Shown: piece by piece, positions 1 through 12,850 of the stretch
How the letters are laid out: each line of letters starts with the position of its first letter
Position numbering within the stretch: position 1 is the first letter of the stretch
Assembly: GCF_006345805.1 (NCBI RefSeq)
Contig: NC_043004.1
Span: 107,205,307-107,269,306, forward strand
Direction: 5' to 3'
DNA from: Octopus sinensis
Lineage: Eukaryota
DNA: 64,000 bases
The notes under the pieces: model-generated
Database searches by the model: none
The model's input: only the letters and a program-made list of their open reading frames with translations
What the model was told of the DNA's origin: nothing
Position numbers and translations under genes: made by a program

Positions 1-301
1 AATCTATTATGTTCAACACATGTATAATTATTTCATTTGAATTCCGATTGGTATAGGGGAGAGAGAGAGAGAGAGAGAGAGTTCTGTATCAAAGCTTGTC
101 AAAACAAATTATGACAGTAATCAAAATCACTTTTCTAATGATGCTGACCTCATAATCTCCCTAACTTGAATTTTTAGTTCAAATATTTCTTTCAGTGTAA
201 GACAAGGTGTTCTTTAATGTCAGGTTTGCCCTGATTCAACATATCTATTATCAAAGATATTCAGCTATGACCATCCACTTTTTATTTTCTTTCAGATAGT
301 G

Positions 302-473
302 CATCATCATCATTATCCATTCAACATCCATTTTCCATGCTGGCACAGGTTAGATGGCTTGACAGTTGCTGGCATGGCCAGGGTCCACAGGGTTCCATAG
401 TCTGTTTTGGCTTGGTTTCTACAGCTGGATGCCCTTCCTAATGCCAGCCACTTTACAGAGTGTACTGGGTGCT
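302..473 (-). mobile_element. RTE/RTEX LINE 3' end with (GAT)n tail
   Basis: catcatcat..ccatgctggca..gcccttcctaatgcc block that recurs more than 15 times in the window. In longer copies it is joined to RT C-terminal coding sequence. Confidence 0.75.
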
Positions 474-655
474 TTTTATGTGGAACCAGTACCAGAGCTT
501 TTCATGTGGAACCAGCACCGGGGCCTTTTACGTGGCACCAGCACCAAAGCCTTTTATGTGACACCAGCACCAGAGCCCTTTACGAGACCCCAACACCAGA
601 GCCTTTTATGTGGCACAAGCACCAGTGCTTTTTACATGGTACTAGCACCCTAGAA
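474..655. repeat. Minisatellite, 7 x 26 bp
   Basis: Units such as ttttatgtggaaccagtaccagagct and ttttacgtggcaccagcaccaaagcc are in exact 26-bp register. Confidence 0.85.
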
Positions 656-1787
656 GAATACTAACTAAATGCAGTGGTTATCAATTGTCTGAAGCTCAAC
701 ACTTTCTTTAACAAAAAAAAAAAAAAAAAAAAAGGTAGATTATTTGAATCAAACAGAAGCTCATTTTTGAACAATGGCTTGTCACCCGAGACAATGAACA
801 CACCCTCTCTGTACTTTTACACACACACACCTACTCTTAGTCACCCATTTCAAGCCTTTCTACTGTTTTCATCCCTTCTCCTATCCCACCTCTTAGGTCA
901 AATTCTATATTACAAGTACTGTTGACATGCCTCTCACCCTTGTGCTGGTGCCATGATAAAAACCACACTACCTCTACAGTAACTGGTGGGTGAGGTAACC
1001 TCTCTAGGGTTGGTGCCAAAAAAAATATATCCAGTACATACAGTAAAGTGGTTGGCAAAGGAGTTGAGAAAGCATAGGATTGGTTGTGAAGTAGCTTTAG
1101 TTGTGTCTGGCCAATGACTATTCAACCACTTTAGAGTTAGTGATACAAGAAAATGTATCCAGTACACTCTGTAAAGTGTTAAGGAACAGTATCAGCATCC
1201 AGCCATAGAAACCAAACCAAATGACATGTGTAAGCACCAATCTAAGGATGCGGGGGTCTCCCAATAAGAAACGATACAGATATATGACTCGTCCAACCAA
1301 TGCCAGCATAGAAAGCAGATACGAAAATGGGGACGATGAGCCTCCTTCTAAACCTCTGCATGCATTACTGCAATTACTATTTTAAATGTTTATGGAATTT
1401 ACTAAAGAAGGCAAAGGACTTATAAAATAAAATTATATTCGACCTTGGCACATCTTACATCAGTCATGTTTCTGCTCGTTGATAATACAATGAGTCTATT
1501 CATATTCTGACAAGGAAGTTTTTGAAAAAGTGTTTTATATGTGTGTGTGTGTGTGTGTGTGTGTAGTTCAATAGTCCTTAGCAAAACAGGATTAGAGCTA
1601 CCTCACAACTGTGTGTTTGTTTGCATGTGTGTACATGTATGTATATATATACAAATATATATGTATGTATGTATGCATATCTTCAGCACCCTTGGTCACA
1701 ATTAGTGATGATAAAATTTTTCTTTTATGGTATTATATTGTGCCCAGCTGTATATATTAATTTTTAATCTATGTGTGTGTGTGTTTG

Positions 1788-2760
1788 TCATCATCATCAT
1801 TTAACGTCCATTGTCCATGCTGGCATGGGTTGGATGGCTTGACCAAGGTTGGCAAGCTGGAAGGCTGCATCAGACTCAGTTTGATTTGGCAAGGTTTCTA
1901 CGGCTGGATGCCCTACCTAATGCCAACTACTCCAAGAGTGCAATGGGTGCTTTTACGTGCTACCGGCATGGGTGCCATTTGCACGACACCGGTATCTGCT
2001 GTGACTGCAATTTTATTTAAGTTGACAGGCCTCCTTCCCAAGCATGACATAATGCCAAAGGTCTCGGTCATTGCCTTGAAAGGATCTCAGCCACTTTGCC
2101 TCTGTGAGGCCCAACACTCGAAAGGTGCTTTTTACATGCCACCAGCACAGGTGCCAGCTATGTGACACCAGCATCAGCCATGACTAACAGTTTCTCATGC
2201 ACAGCCTATCACTAAAGGTCTTGGCCACTAGTCATTGCTTCTGTGAGGCCCAAAGTTCAAAGATCATGCTTCAACACCTTGTCTCATGTCTTTCTGGGTC
2301 TACCTCCACCACAGTTAGAGATCAGCACTTCTTTACACAGCTGTCCTCATCCATATGCATCACATGACCATACCAGCGCAGTTATCTCTCTTGCACACCA
2401 CATCCGATGCCACTTATGCGTGACTTTTTTCACAAGATACTTACACCGTCGAACATGCAGTGACATTGCACATCCAGTGAAGCATACTGGATTCATTTCT
2501 TTCAAGCCTACGCATGTCCTCAGCTGTCACAGTCCATGTTTCACTGCCATGTGGCATAGCTGTTTGCACACAGACATCATACAATCTGCCTTTCACTCTG
2601 AGAGAGAGGTTCTTTGTTGCCAGCAGTGGTAGGAGCTCTCTGAACTTTGCCCAGCCTAATCTTATTCTCACAGCTACGCTCTCAGAGCAGCCACCTCTGC
2701 TAACTTGATCACCTACATAATGGAAGCTATCTGCTGCCACTGGCAGTCTATTTTCTGTAC
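1788..2760 (-). mobile_element. 5'-truncated RTEX-like LINE (RT C-terminus plus 3'UTR)
   Basis: ORF 2441-2740: DSFHYVGDQVSRGGCSESVAVRIRLGWAKFRELLPLL..KGRLYDVCVQTAMPHGSETW, followed by the 3'UTR and (GAT)n tail. Confidence 0.85.
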
Positions 2761-2804
2761 GTTTTCAGAGTTTGTTATGAATATGTATGTGCATGTGTGT
2801 ATGT

Positions 2805-2958
2805 ATCAGAGTGGTTAGTGCTAGGAAGGGCATCCAACCATAGAAACCATGCCAAGTCAGACTGGAGTCTAGTGCAGCCCCTCAGCTTACCAGCCCTGGC
2901 CAAACCATCCAATCCATGCCAGCATGGACCACAGATGTTAAATGATGATGATGATGAT
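2805..2958 (+). mobile_element. RTE/RTEX 3' end
   Basis: Reverse complement of the 1788-1950 block, ending in gatgatgat. Confidence 0.75.
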
Positions 2959-2992
2959 ATGAATATGCATATATATGTGAGTGAGTGTGTGT

Positions 2993-3030
<38 letters not shown>

Positions 3031-3333
3031 ATTCACACTTAGTTTAAATTTTGTGTCTAAGAAAAATCATGATCCTTCTAAATATCAGCGCCTCCCTGAC
3101 ACTTGCCATCCTTTTGTGAGCAAGCAACAAACCTAAGGAGGTATTATTGTCTAAGTTCAGAACCATTGAGCTAATGTCTTTTTTTAAAACACACATGAGG
3201 GTGGTTTGGCTGCTAACTTTAGTAAGTGGAGTGACCATGTTGAGTAGCAATTTTCAACTCTTACAGAATCATGACACACTGTTTAAGAAACTAAACTGCA
3301 ATAACATATCATTAGTTTTTCAAAATATTTTTT

Positions 3334-3716
3334 AGGCATAGCTGTGTGGTTAAGAAGTTTGCTTTGCAACCACATGGTTTCAGGTTCATTTCCACTGCAT
3401 GGCACCTTGAGCAAGTGTTTTCACTATAGATACAGGCCAACGAATGCCTTGTGAGTGGATCTTGTAGACAAAAACTGCATGGAAACCAGCCCCGCACATG
3501 CACATGTGTGTGTGTATGCATATGTGTGCATGACCACTGCTTGACAACTAGCATTGGTTGGTTTGTTTACATTCCTGTGATTTAGCAGTTTCGGCAAGCA
3601 ATACCAAGAGAATAAGTACCAGACTTTAAAAAAACAAGTACTGGTATTGATTTGCTTGACTAAACCCTTCAAGGCAGTGCTCCACCATGGCCAGAGTCAA
3701 CTAAAACAAAAGATAA
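3334..3716 (+). mobile_element. tRNA-headed SINE with internal microsatellite (family A)
   Basis: Head gctgtgtggttaagaag..ggttcagttcca, CORE-like caccttgagcaagtgt, internal (GT)n, and tail ..actaaaacaaaagataaaa. Homologous to 63184-63567. Confidence 0.75.
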
Positions 3717-4148
3717 AAAAAAAGAAGTAATAAAATTACTTTCAAAACAAAAGTGAACAAAGCATTTCCCTTTACCTCCAAGGAATATCCAGACACCAGT
3801 GAATGAATTCTGATTGCACTCAAATTGTGCCCAAAATACAAAGATGAACCTGCAAAACTGCAAAGATTTTCTAACAGTACTTGTGTAGGTACAGTGCAGT
3901 GTATTCTAATCTCTGAATCAAAACTACAATAACTAAAATTCTACAAACTGAGTTACCATTTTTGGCTCCATAAAAAATGTATTACTATTTATATATTCAT
4001 CATATCCATCACCAATTTAGCACCTACTTTTCCATGCTCTCATGGGACAGGTGGAGTTCACTGAGGCAGATTTTCTATTGCTGGATGCCCTTTCTGTCAC
4101 TAACCCCTACCTGTCTCCACATAAAATTATATTTCTCCAAGGCTAGAC

Positions 4149-4600
4149 ATCATCATCATCATTGTTTAACGTCCATTTTCCATGCTAGCATGGGTTGGAC
4201 GGTTCGACAAGGGTCTGGCAAGCCTGGAGGCTGCACCAGGCCCCAGTCTGATCTGGCAGTGTTTCTACAGCTGGATGCCCTTCCTAATCCCAACCACTCC
4301 GTGAGTGTAGTGGGTGCTTTTTATGTGCCACCAGCACAGGTGCCAGAGGAGGCTGGCAATGGCCATGATCGGTTGGTGCTTTTTACATGCTACTGGCACG
4401 GAAGCCAGCCAAGGCGGTGCTGGCATCAGCCACGTTCAGATGGTGCTTTTTACATGCCACAGCACAGGTATCACAACTAAAATTTCCATTTGATTTTTAT
4501 TTTGATGTACTTGACTCAATAGGTCTCCTCAAGCACAGCAGGTTGCCCCACGATCCAAGGTACTTTGAATGAGCTGGGGCTGGTTATGTGAAGCTGCTGT
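4149..4600 (-). mobile_element. RTE/RTEX 3'UTR fragment
   Basis: Same 3' block plus three ggtgctttt(t)a(c/t)(g/a)tg modules. Confidence 0.75.
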
Positions 4601-5279
4601 AGGATACAGCCAACAAACAATACAGCTTGTAAGACAATGATGCTGGTTTATAATTATCACATGGACATGGGGACACACACCCCAATAGTTTTCTAGAAGA
4701 TACTTGCCCAAGGTACCATGCAGTGTGACCAAACCTAAAGACACATGGCTGGGAAGTGAACTCCTCAGCCAGCAACAGCCATATATTAATGTTTTCTATT
4801 TACACTAACTGTAAAGCCAGAACAGAAATATATTTAAAATATACATATGAATAAAAAGTCTTTATAATATTGTAATGATAATATTTTATAATTAGGAGAA
4901 AACTTGTGATTGTTAACATTTCATGATATCTCCTGGACAAGTGACAGGCATACCCTAAATTCCTCCTATAGTGTTTGAAGCAATGACCTGTACCCATTCT
5001 TGATTGTGTACATAGTAGAAAAACCAGTTTAACAGAGATATGAAACTGAGAACGGAAGGAGTGCTTTAAGTGCATGCATTGTGATAATGGAGGTATTCCT
5101 GCTAAACGCAATTAGGAAGTCTCTCCAAGAGCATCACCATTTTAATTCTACGTGATTTCTAGAATTACACTTAATGCAAATGGATCACTCAATCCATGAA
5201 GGTACATCAAGTGAAAAAAGATACTTTTCAATATTTTTACTAAGTAGTGACAAACTTTGCAGAATTAATTCAACACGAT

Positions 5280-5710
5280 TTTTTTTTTCAGTTTTGAAGA
5301 TTTTATCAGCTCTTCTTTTTTCAGTCAGATTTTTCTAAAAGTTAGTTGTTCCTTAAAAAAATAATTTTGTCAGTAAAAATCATTTTTATCAACGAAGAAT
5401 ATTTTCATTCTTTCTCTGCATATTTTTGTTGTATTCAATGCATTGAACAGCTGAGAATAAAGTTTTATAACATCACACCTTATCACTAAACAGACAAGCC
5501 AGTTCAGACTCTTCAAACATGAAAAGCAGAATGTTCTTCCTTGAATTCAAAAAACTTTGATAGCACTCTTTCGTTTGAGATAACAGTCTCACTTTTGTAT
5601 GCAATAGAAGCTGTGTAACTAGCTTTCATGGAAGAGCAGAGTAAGAAAAACAACCTCAATTTTAATAGCCAACTCAATGTAATTAACCATTTTAACACTT
5701 TCATTCTTTT
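5280..5710 (-). mobile_element. Decayed hAT (Charlie/Buster-type) transposase fragment
   Basis: ERVLSKFFEFKEE resembles the family motif WLSRGKVL.RFFELREE, and downstream MQRKNENIL resembles LQGKNENIL. Frameshifted. Confidence 0.5.
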
Positions 5711-5799
5711 AATATTTCTGTTTTACGTTTTTTAATTCAAAGATTGAAGATTTTGAAATTAAAGCTTCCCTGTGAAAGAAGCAATTTATAAAATCAATA

Positions 5800-6113
5800 A
5801 CTACTATAGACCAGAACCAACCAATACCTTGTCGGTGAATTTGGTAGACAGAAACTGTGTGGAGCCTGAAGAGTGTGTGTGAGTATATGTGTGTGTGTGT
5901 TCATGTGTATGTCTGTGTCCCTCCAACTTGCCCCAGCACTACTTGGCAACAGGTGTTGATTTGTGTACATTCCCATAACTTAGCAGTTCCAAAAAAGACA
6001 CTGATAGAATAAGTACCGGGGTCAATTCACTTGACTAAAACCTTTCAAGGTGGTGCTCCTGCATGGCCACAGTCCAATTACTGAAACAAGTAAAAGATAA
6101 AAGAAAGAAAAGA
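5800..6113 (+). mobile_element. Family A SINE, 5'-truncated
   Basis: gaatttggtagacagaaactg, (GT)n, and tail actgaaacaagtaaaagataaaag. Confidence 0.7.
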
Positions 6114-6285
6114 CAGTATAAAATTTAAGGAAGTTTTAACACCAGAAAACTTCAAAGCCATTTTCTTTTTATCAACGTTGTTACAATACCTCCAGCAGCC
6201 GGCATAGAAAACTATGCTATATACAACTGTTTGAGCACAAATAAATAAGTTAGGAAGACCAGAACTATTTTACTCAATAATTAAC

Positions 6286-6446
6286 TACACTCTCGGAGTG
6301 GTTGGTGTTAGGAAGGGCATCCAGCTGTAGAAACACTGCCAGATCTGACTGGCCTGGTGCAGCCTTCGGGATCCCCAGACCCCAGTTGAACCATCCAACC
6401 CATGCTAGCACGGAAAGCGGACGTTAAACGATGATGATGATGATGA
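6286..6446 (+). mobile_element. RTE/RTEX 3' end
   Basis: actacactctcggagtggttgg..cggacgttaaacgatgatgatg. Confidence 0.8.
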
Positions 6447-7497
6447 GAGTTATTGATGTCATTGTGAAACCTAATTGAACTGGAAACTACAAGCATGTAA
6501 AAAGGCTAACAGAGTGATATCAGAAGATCTCAGTTTAACTTTTGCCCCAAATTACATGTTTTCCCATAAAGTTCATCTTCTGTTACACTCTGTCAACTTT
6601 AGTCATGTGTTCACAGAAATGGGTTACAGGAATTCTTGTTCCATTGTGAAGTCCTTTAGCCTCATTAAAAATCTGCAAAAGCCCCACCACATATTCTTCC
6701 TTTTTCAAAAGCTTTAGTTCGGGTGAAGCTTCTCAAACTCTCACATCATCTTCTCCAACCTTAATCATCTTCCTTCTGGCTCATTTTTTATTTACTTTTT
6801 TTGTTATAACATCTAATGTCTCTTTCTAGATTTCTTTCCAATGCTTTTTCTTTGTCTAGAATTCATCATCATTCAATGTCCACTTCTCCATGCTTGCATG
6901 GGTCTGACCTGTTTCCAAATAAGGTGATATTTCCAAAGGCCAAACATTTTTCACAGAAGACTGGAAACAATTGCTTATTTTACAAACATCATGTGATGTC
7001 AACAAAAGAATATATACACACACATGTACATGACGGGCTCCTTTCAGCTTCTGCAAACCAAATCCACTCACAAGGCCTAGGAAACACTCACTGAAAGTGC
7101 CACACAGTGGGACTGAACCCAAGCCTATGGTTGAAAAGCAAGTCTCTCAACCACAGTGCCACATCTGTGCCTATAATCTATATGTACACAAAAACAAATG
7201 CTATTTAGAACTTGTACTAGAGCGTTCAATAGCAGTTAATAATATTGGTTAACAGTGTATCGTTGGTTAAAACTTAAACTGTCTCCTCTAAAAGCTATGA
7301 TAGGGAAATGGTACAGTAATAAAAGCAAAAATTTCTTGACGCAGCAGAAATAACTCAGCAAGCAGAAATTATCTTCAAAGAGAAGAAAAGCAACATACAT
7401 AAAGAAAGAATGATTTGTTGTTGTTGTTGCTGTGTTTATGTATATAGAGGAAAATGATCAAAAAGAATGTATTTATGATATAGATTTTTATGAAATA

Positions 7498-8045
7498 CGG
7501 GGTGTGGTGAATAAACTGTCATCTAAATTATGCATAAATGAAAATAACACTGACATTTCATTTTAACAGACAGATTTACCAAAATTACATACAAAATATC
7601 TTGAAATACTAAAAAGTAAATTTATTCAATAAAATCACCATTGGCTTCAACCACGGCCTCCAGATGACTCCAGAACCTCCTGCAATTTTTCTGGGTAGAT
7701 TCCTTGAGGCCGTGTGGGAAGATGAACAGAGGCATAATGTCGCCATCATTAATGACCACTCCAGACACCATGATGTTGACTGGATGGTTGATTTTTATCA
7801 CTCTCAGTACATGTCCTCAAATTTACACCCAAACAGTGAGATGTTCATATTGGAGCTTCCGGCACAAATGCCAAGCAGTACAGCATGTCATTTCCAAATT
7901 TCTGGCAGAGTGAATTGCATCATGGTGCTGTTTTTCTCACAGACGATGCCCAATTATACTGTGTAGTCAACAAAATCAAAAACAAACAATGCGCATATGT
8001 GAAATTATAAATTTAAAATGGCAACAATTTACCCATTGCACCTTG
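7498..8045 (-). mobile_element. Internally deleted Tc1/mariner element, probably maT (DD37D) group
   Basis: TA on both sides and degenerate TIRs (cggggtgtggtgaataaactgt vs reverse complement caaggtgcaatgggtaaattgt). The minus strand reads HPVNIMVSGVVINDGDIMPLFIFPHGL, fused to RRFWSHLEAVVEANGDFIE. Confidence 0.7.
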
Positions 8046-8097
8046 TATGTATGAAATATACATCATAACATTTCTACAAAAGACAAACCTGCCATAC

Positions 8098-8286
8098 ATC
8101 ATCATCATCATCATCGTCGTTTAACGTCCGTTCTCCATGCTAGCATGGGTTGGACGGTTCGACCGGGGTTCTGGGAAGCCAGAAGGCTGCACCAGGCTCC
8201 AGTCTAATTTGGCAATGTTTCTACAGCTGGATGCCCTTCCTAATGCCAACCACTCCGTGAGTGTAGTGGGTGCTTTTTACGTGCCA
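8098..8286 (-). mobile_element. RTE/RTEX 3' end, well preserved
   Basis: catcatcgtcgtttaacgtccgttctccatgctagcatggg..; CpGs retained. Confidence 0.8.
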
Positions 8287-8300
8287 CATACATACATATA

Positions 8301-8357
<57 letters not shown>

Positions 8358-8508
8358 CATACATACACAAACACACACACACAATTATAAAAGAGCTAAT
8401 AATAGTTTCATTCTTTAAGATACATTAAATTGTCAGACTTATGTAACATGCCACGTATCTCCAAGTAATCTTTCAGGTTCAGTTCGTAACATTACATTTA
8501 TGTGTATA

Positions 8509-8588
<80 letters not shown>

Positions 8589-9559
8589 CACACACACACA
8601 CACATGCACACATACACACATTGAGTACAGAGTAAATGAAATATAAAGATGAAAGTATCATTCTAAGGAATGAAGTATCAAGGTAAAACCTTTGATTACT
8701 AGAAACCTGTCCCATTCCAACCCATCCACACACTTTCATTGAGTAAAAGAAATATGTCAGGCAAGAACTGAATTCAAATCATTGTTGAAGGTCAAGAGCA
8801 AAGCATTACACACACACTATGTTGTTTTAGTGATACAGCTATAAGCCATTAACAATTCAGTGACAAAAATACACGAAACCAGTCCAAACAGCTGTAGATT
8901 CTCAACAAACTCCCAGGATTTCTAAAATATCCCGACATTTTCCAGTTTGCCTCCAAAACACTTGCAGGTCATATGCATCTTACAAATGTGCCAGTGCATT
9001 GGTCAAAAACATTTGTTGTAGAGGTATTTCAGAAGTCCATATTTAAAAAAACAAACGGAGGGGCAGAGATTAATAAATCAATGGTTACAAAAGAAACTGC
9101 AATAATGAAATCACATCACAGCACTCATCATCATTTAACGTCCATTTTCCATGCTGGCATGGGTTAGATAGTTAGACAAGGGTTGGCAAGCCACAGGGCA
9201 GCACTAGGCTCCAGTCATGTGTTTTGATATGGCTTCTATGGCTAGATGCCCTTCCGAACAGAGTGTACATAAATGTTGTTTCAAATTTTGGCAACAAGAC
9301 CAGCAATCTTAAAGCGAAAGGATTAATTGATTAAATCTATCCCCCAACTCTGCCTCAGCCACCTGGTACTTTATTATATTGATCATGAAAGGATGAAAAG
9401 CAAAGTAGACTTTGATGGGATTTGAACCCAGAAAGTCAGATTTTATTCGGTTATGCTAATGATTTTGCAAGATCACTGCCTAAATATTAAAGTATCAAAA
9501 TACTGAAAACAATTTTAGCATTAGAATATAAAACCACAAGATACATGTTCACCTTCTGT

Positions 9560-9782
9560 AATAATCCTTTCTAATATAGGCACACGGCCTGAAATTTGGG
9601 GGGAGGGGGGATTGTTGATTATATTGACCCCAACGTTTCACTGGTACTTAATTTATCAACCCCGGAAGGATGAAAGGCAAAGTCAACCTCGAGGGAATTT
9701 GAACTCAGAACATAGCCGAAGATGAAATGCTGCTAGACATTTCACCCGGGATGCTAACCATTCTGTCAGCTCACCACCTTAA
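9560..9782 (-). mobile_element. tRNA-derived SINE family B
   Basis: ggatgaaaggcaaagtcaacctcg..atttgaactcagaac core, shared with 9280-9500, 19340-19780, 19856-20082, 49105-49275 and 60700-61044. Confidence 0.75.
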
Positions 9783-10124
9783 TAATGACACTTTCAGTCA
9801 TGCCTTCACAAAATGGATTATTGACATTCCTGTCCCATTCTTAACCATACTGTATAACAGTATGGTTAAGAAGTTCATAACTGTGAACCTGCATCCAAAC
9901 CCATCAACACCTTGGGCTTTAGTTTCTCAGGTAAACAAATGCTTTATGAATAAAATTTAGGAGGTGGAAAAGGTGTGACAGAACGTTGCGTGCAATATGT
10001 CTGAGTGTATACTAGGGTGAAACAGCATGTTTCCTTATGTTACTTTGCATCAGAATTTTGGCCCAGCATTTCCATTGTCTAATGATTGAAACCAGTAAAA
10101 GAATAAAAAGTTACCAAAAGAGAT

Positions 10125-10295
10125 GCAAATATGGCCGTGTGATAAGAAGCTTACTTCCTAATTACATGGTTCTGGTTTCAGTCTTATTGTATGTCTTATA
10201 AAAGCCACAGGCCAATCAAAGCCTTTTGAGCAGATTTGGTAGACAAACTGAAAGAAGTTCATTGTGTGTGTGTGTGTGAGAAAGAGAGAGAGAGA

Positions 10296-10356
<61 letters not shown>

Positions 10357-10575
10357 TGTGAGAGTGTGTGTGTGTGTGTGTGTTTGTCCCTCATCCCTGC
10401 TTGAGAACTAGTGTTGGTGTGTTTACATTCCCATAACTCATCAATTCGACAATACACACCAATAGAATAGATACCAAACTTTAAAGAAATAAGTTCGGGG
10501 ATTGATTCATTCAACTAAAGTTTCAAGGTGGTGCCCCAGCATGGTCGCACTCTAATGACTGAAACAAGTAAAAGA
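10125..10575 (+). mobile_element. Family A SINE with expanded internal (GT)n(GA)n(GT)n
   Basis: Head and tail are homologous to 63184-63567; the internal repeat is about 120 bp and mostly (GA)n. Confidence 0.7.
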
Positions 10576-11419
10576 AGTGAAAAATAGGGGAACAGTCAAA
10601 TCTCTCTCTCTCTTTCTCTCTCACCAACGGACATGAAATATATCAAACCAGTTTCTAATTAGAACTACTTCAACACATTATGTCTTTAAAATATCATCAA
10701 GAAGGAAGCATTGCAGTCAAAGAGATATTCAAATGAATCATGACAAATATGGTAATGAACCGGTAAGTTTATTTTCTCCTCAACAACATATTCTGTCTTC
10801 TGAGCACAACTATGATGCCAGTCCAACTACACAGACAGCTCTTCGGGAATTATTAAAACTCCATCCGATTCAGTAAATAACTGAGAGGAAACATTAAAAT
10901 AAATCAACGAGACGGTCAGTACAAACTCTTACATCATATTCCATGTATTTAATCTTTTGTTGATAAATGATCTATGATTGAATAATTCAAACAGGTTTTT
11001 ATTTTAAGTACATTGAAAAATGAAGACAAAAAATTTTGAGGGAAAAGGATAAAAATACAAGAACCCTGTGAGGCATGAATTACAATTCTTCATTTACAAA
11101 TACAGGTTCCTCTCTTTGGGCTTGGAACCTGATGGTTCCAAAAGAAGGGGTAGAAACCTATGGAGAAAGAATGAAAATCATCATCATCATTTAACACCCA
11201 TTCTCCATGCTGGCATGCATTCAACAGGAGCCAGTGAGCCAGCAGACTACACCAAACTCCACTATCTGCTTTGGCACAGTTTCCATGGCTGGATGCCCTT
11301 CCTAACACCAACCAAATTTTGAGATAATAGATACCAGTTCAGGAACACTGTTTGAGGATGACAAGAACAACTTTAAAACAATTTTTTTTTTTTTTTAGTT
11401 GAAGTGAGCAGAGTTTTCA

Positions 11420-11780
11420 CATGATTATTTAACATCTGTTGCCCATGCTGGCATGGGTTGGACAGTTTGACAAGGGCTGGCAAGCTGGAAGGCTGTGCCA
11501 AACTCCAGTTTGATTTAGTATGGTTTCTACAGCTGTATGCCCTTCCTAATGCCAACCACTCCAAGAGTGTAATGGGTGCTTTTACGTGCCACCAGCATGG
11601 GTGCCATTTGCATGACACCAGTATCTGCCATGAGTGCAATTTTACTTGGCTTGATGGGTTGTCATTTGTCATTGCCTCCGTAAGGCCCAACACTCGAAAA
11701 AGCTTTTTACGTGTCACCAACAATGGCCACCTTGCCTCTGTGAGGTCCAACACTGAAAAGGTGCTTTTTACATGATAGTT
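11420..11780 (-). mobile_element. RTE/RTEX 3'UTR fragment
   Basis: Homologous to 1800-2160. Confidence 0.75.
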
Positions 11781-12499
11781 GTAAATGATTCTCACCCTGA
11801 TGATGATGATGATAATGTGGCTTTTGCAAGATGAAGAGAAAGTCAGGTAAGCTTGTTGGAAACATTTTGCCAAGGAACCAGAAAGTCTAACTGCATCTGG
11901 TCGGCAAAATAACTCGTAGACCATGCAATAGAGAGAAAACGATATTTTGCTTTCCAGATATCAGTTTTGCATGCATTGAGGTGGTGTTCATAGCGTGCAA
12001 AGCAGTAGTAATGCTGCGTGTGAACCAACTGTGAGTTTTGGGGCTGTATGTTTTATGTAAGGAATGTAGAGAGACATAATTAGAAGAATGTTAAGTAATT
12101 GATCAAACCCTTAACTGTTTCTATGCAAGGTAATATTACCCCATTACTAGACATGTTTTCAGACGATTGGAAATTACTGACACCACTTAGATGATGGTCA
12201 GACTTATTTACAACTGTCATGTGAAATCAATGCAAGAAGACAGTAACACACATCAAAAGGTTCAAAAGTCTTCCTGAGCCATAGGATCATAAGGCTAGTT
12301 TTTCTAGATTATGTGGAGCATATATCCTCCCAGCCTCCAAATGAGGGTCCATCACAGGACCACTCATTTTTTTCCAGTTGAGCAGATTAGAGCAACATGA
12401 AATAAGATCTGCTGAAGAACACAACACATCACCTGGTTCAGCAATCAAAACCACAATCTTATGATCATTAGTGCAACACCCTAACCACTAAGCCATGTA

Positions 12500-12531
<32 letters not shown>

Positions 12532-12850
12532 CATCATCATTTAGTGTCAGCTTTCCATGCAGGCATGGGTTGAACAGTTTCACTGAAAACTGGTAAGCTA
12601 GGGAGCTGCACCAGGTTCCAATCTGATTTGGCAAGGTTTCTATGGTTGGAAGTCCTTCCTAAAGCCAACCACTCAGAGTGTAGTCAGTATTTTTTACATG
12701 CCACCAGCACAGGTGCCACGAACCTGACACTGGCCATGACTATGGTCTCACTTGGTTTGACAGGTCTACACAAACACAGTATATGCACCATCTTGATCAC
12801 CTGTCATACATACACATACATACATACACACACACATCTATATATATATA

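Noticed and set aside
474-655. CRISPR-like regular repeats
   Set aside because: Contiguous units without spacers, in eukaryotic context with no cas genes.
1773-2165. ORFs of 130-183 aa such as 1773-2165, 3977-4480, 11373-11924 and 45262-45654
   Set aside because: All overlap the multi-copy RTE 3'UTR (recurrent WHGLDG/LDALPNANH text) and are not host genes.
3776-3849. Minus-strand ag..gt segment considered as ROCK exon 2
   Set aside because: It has a stop in the frame required by exon 1 and no similarity to ROCK.
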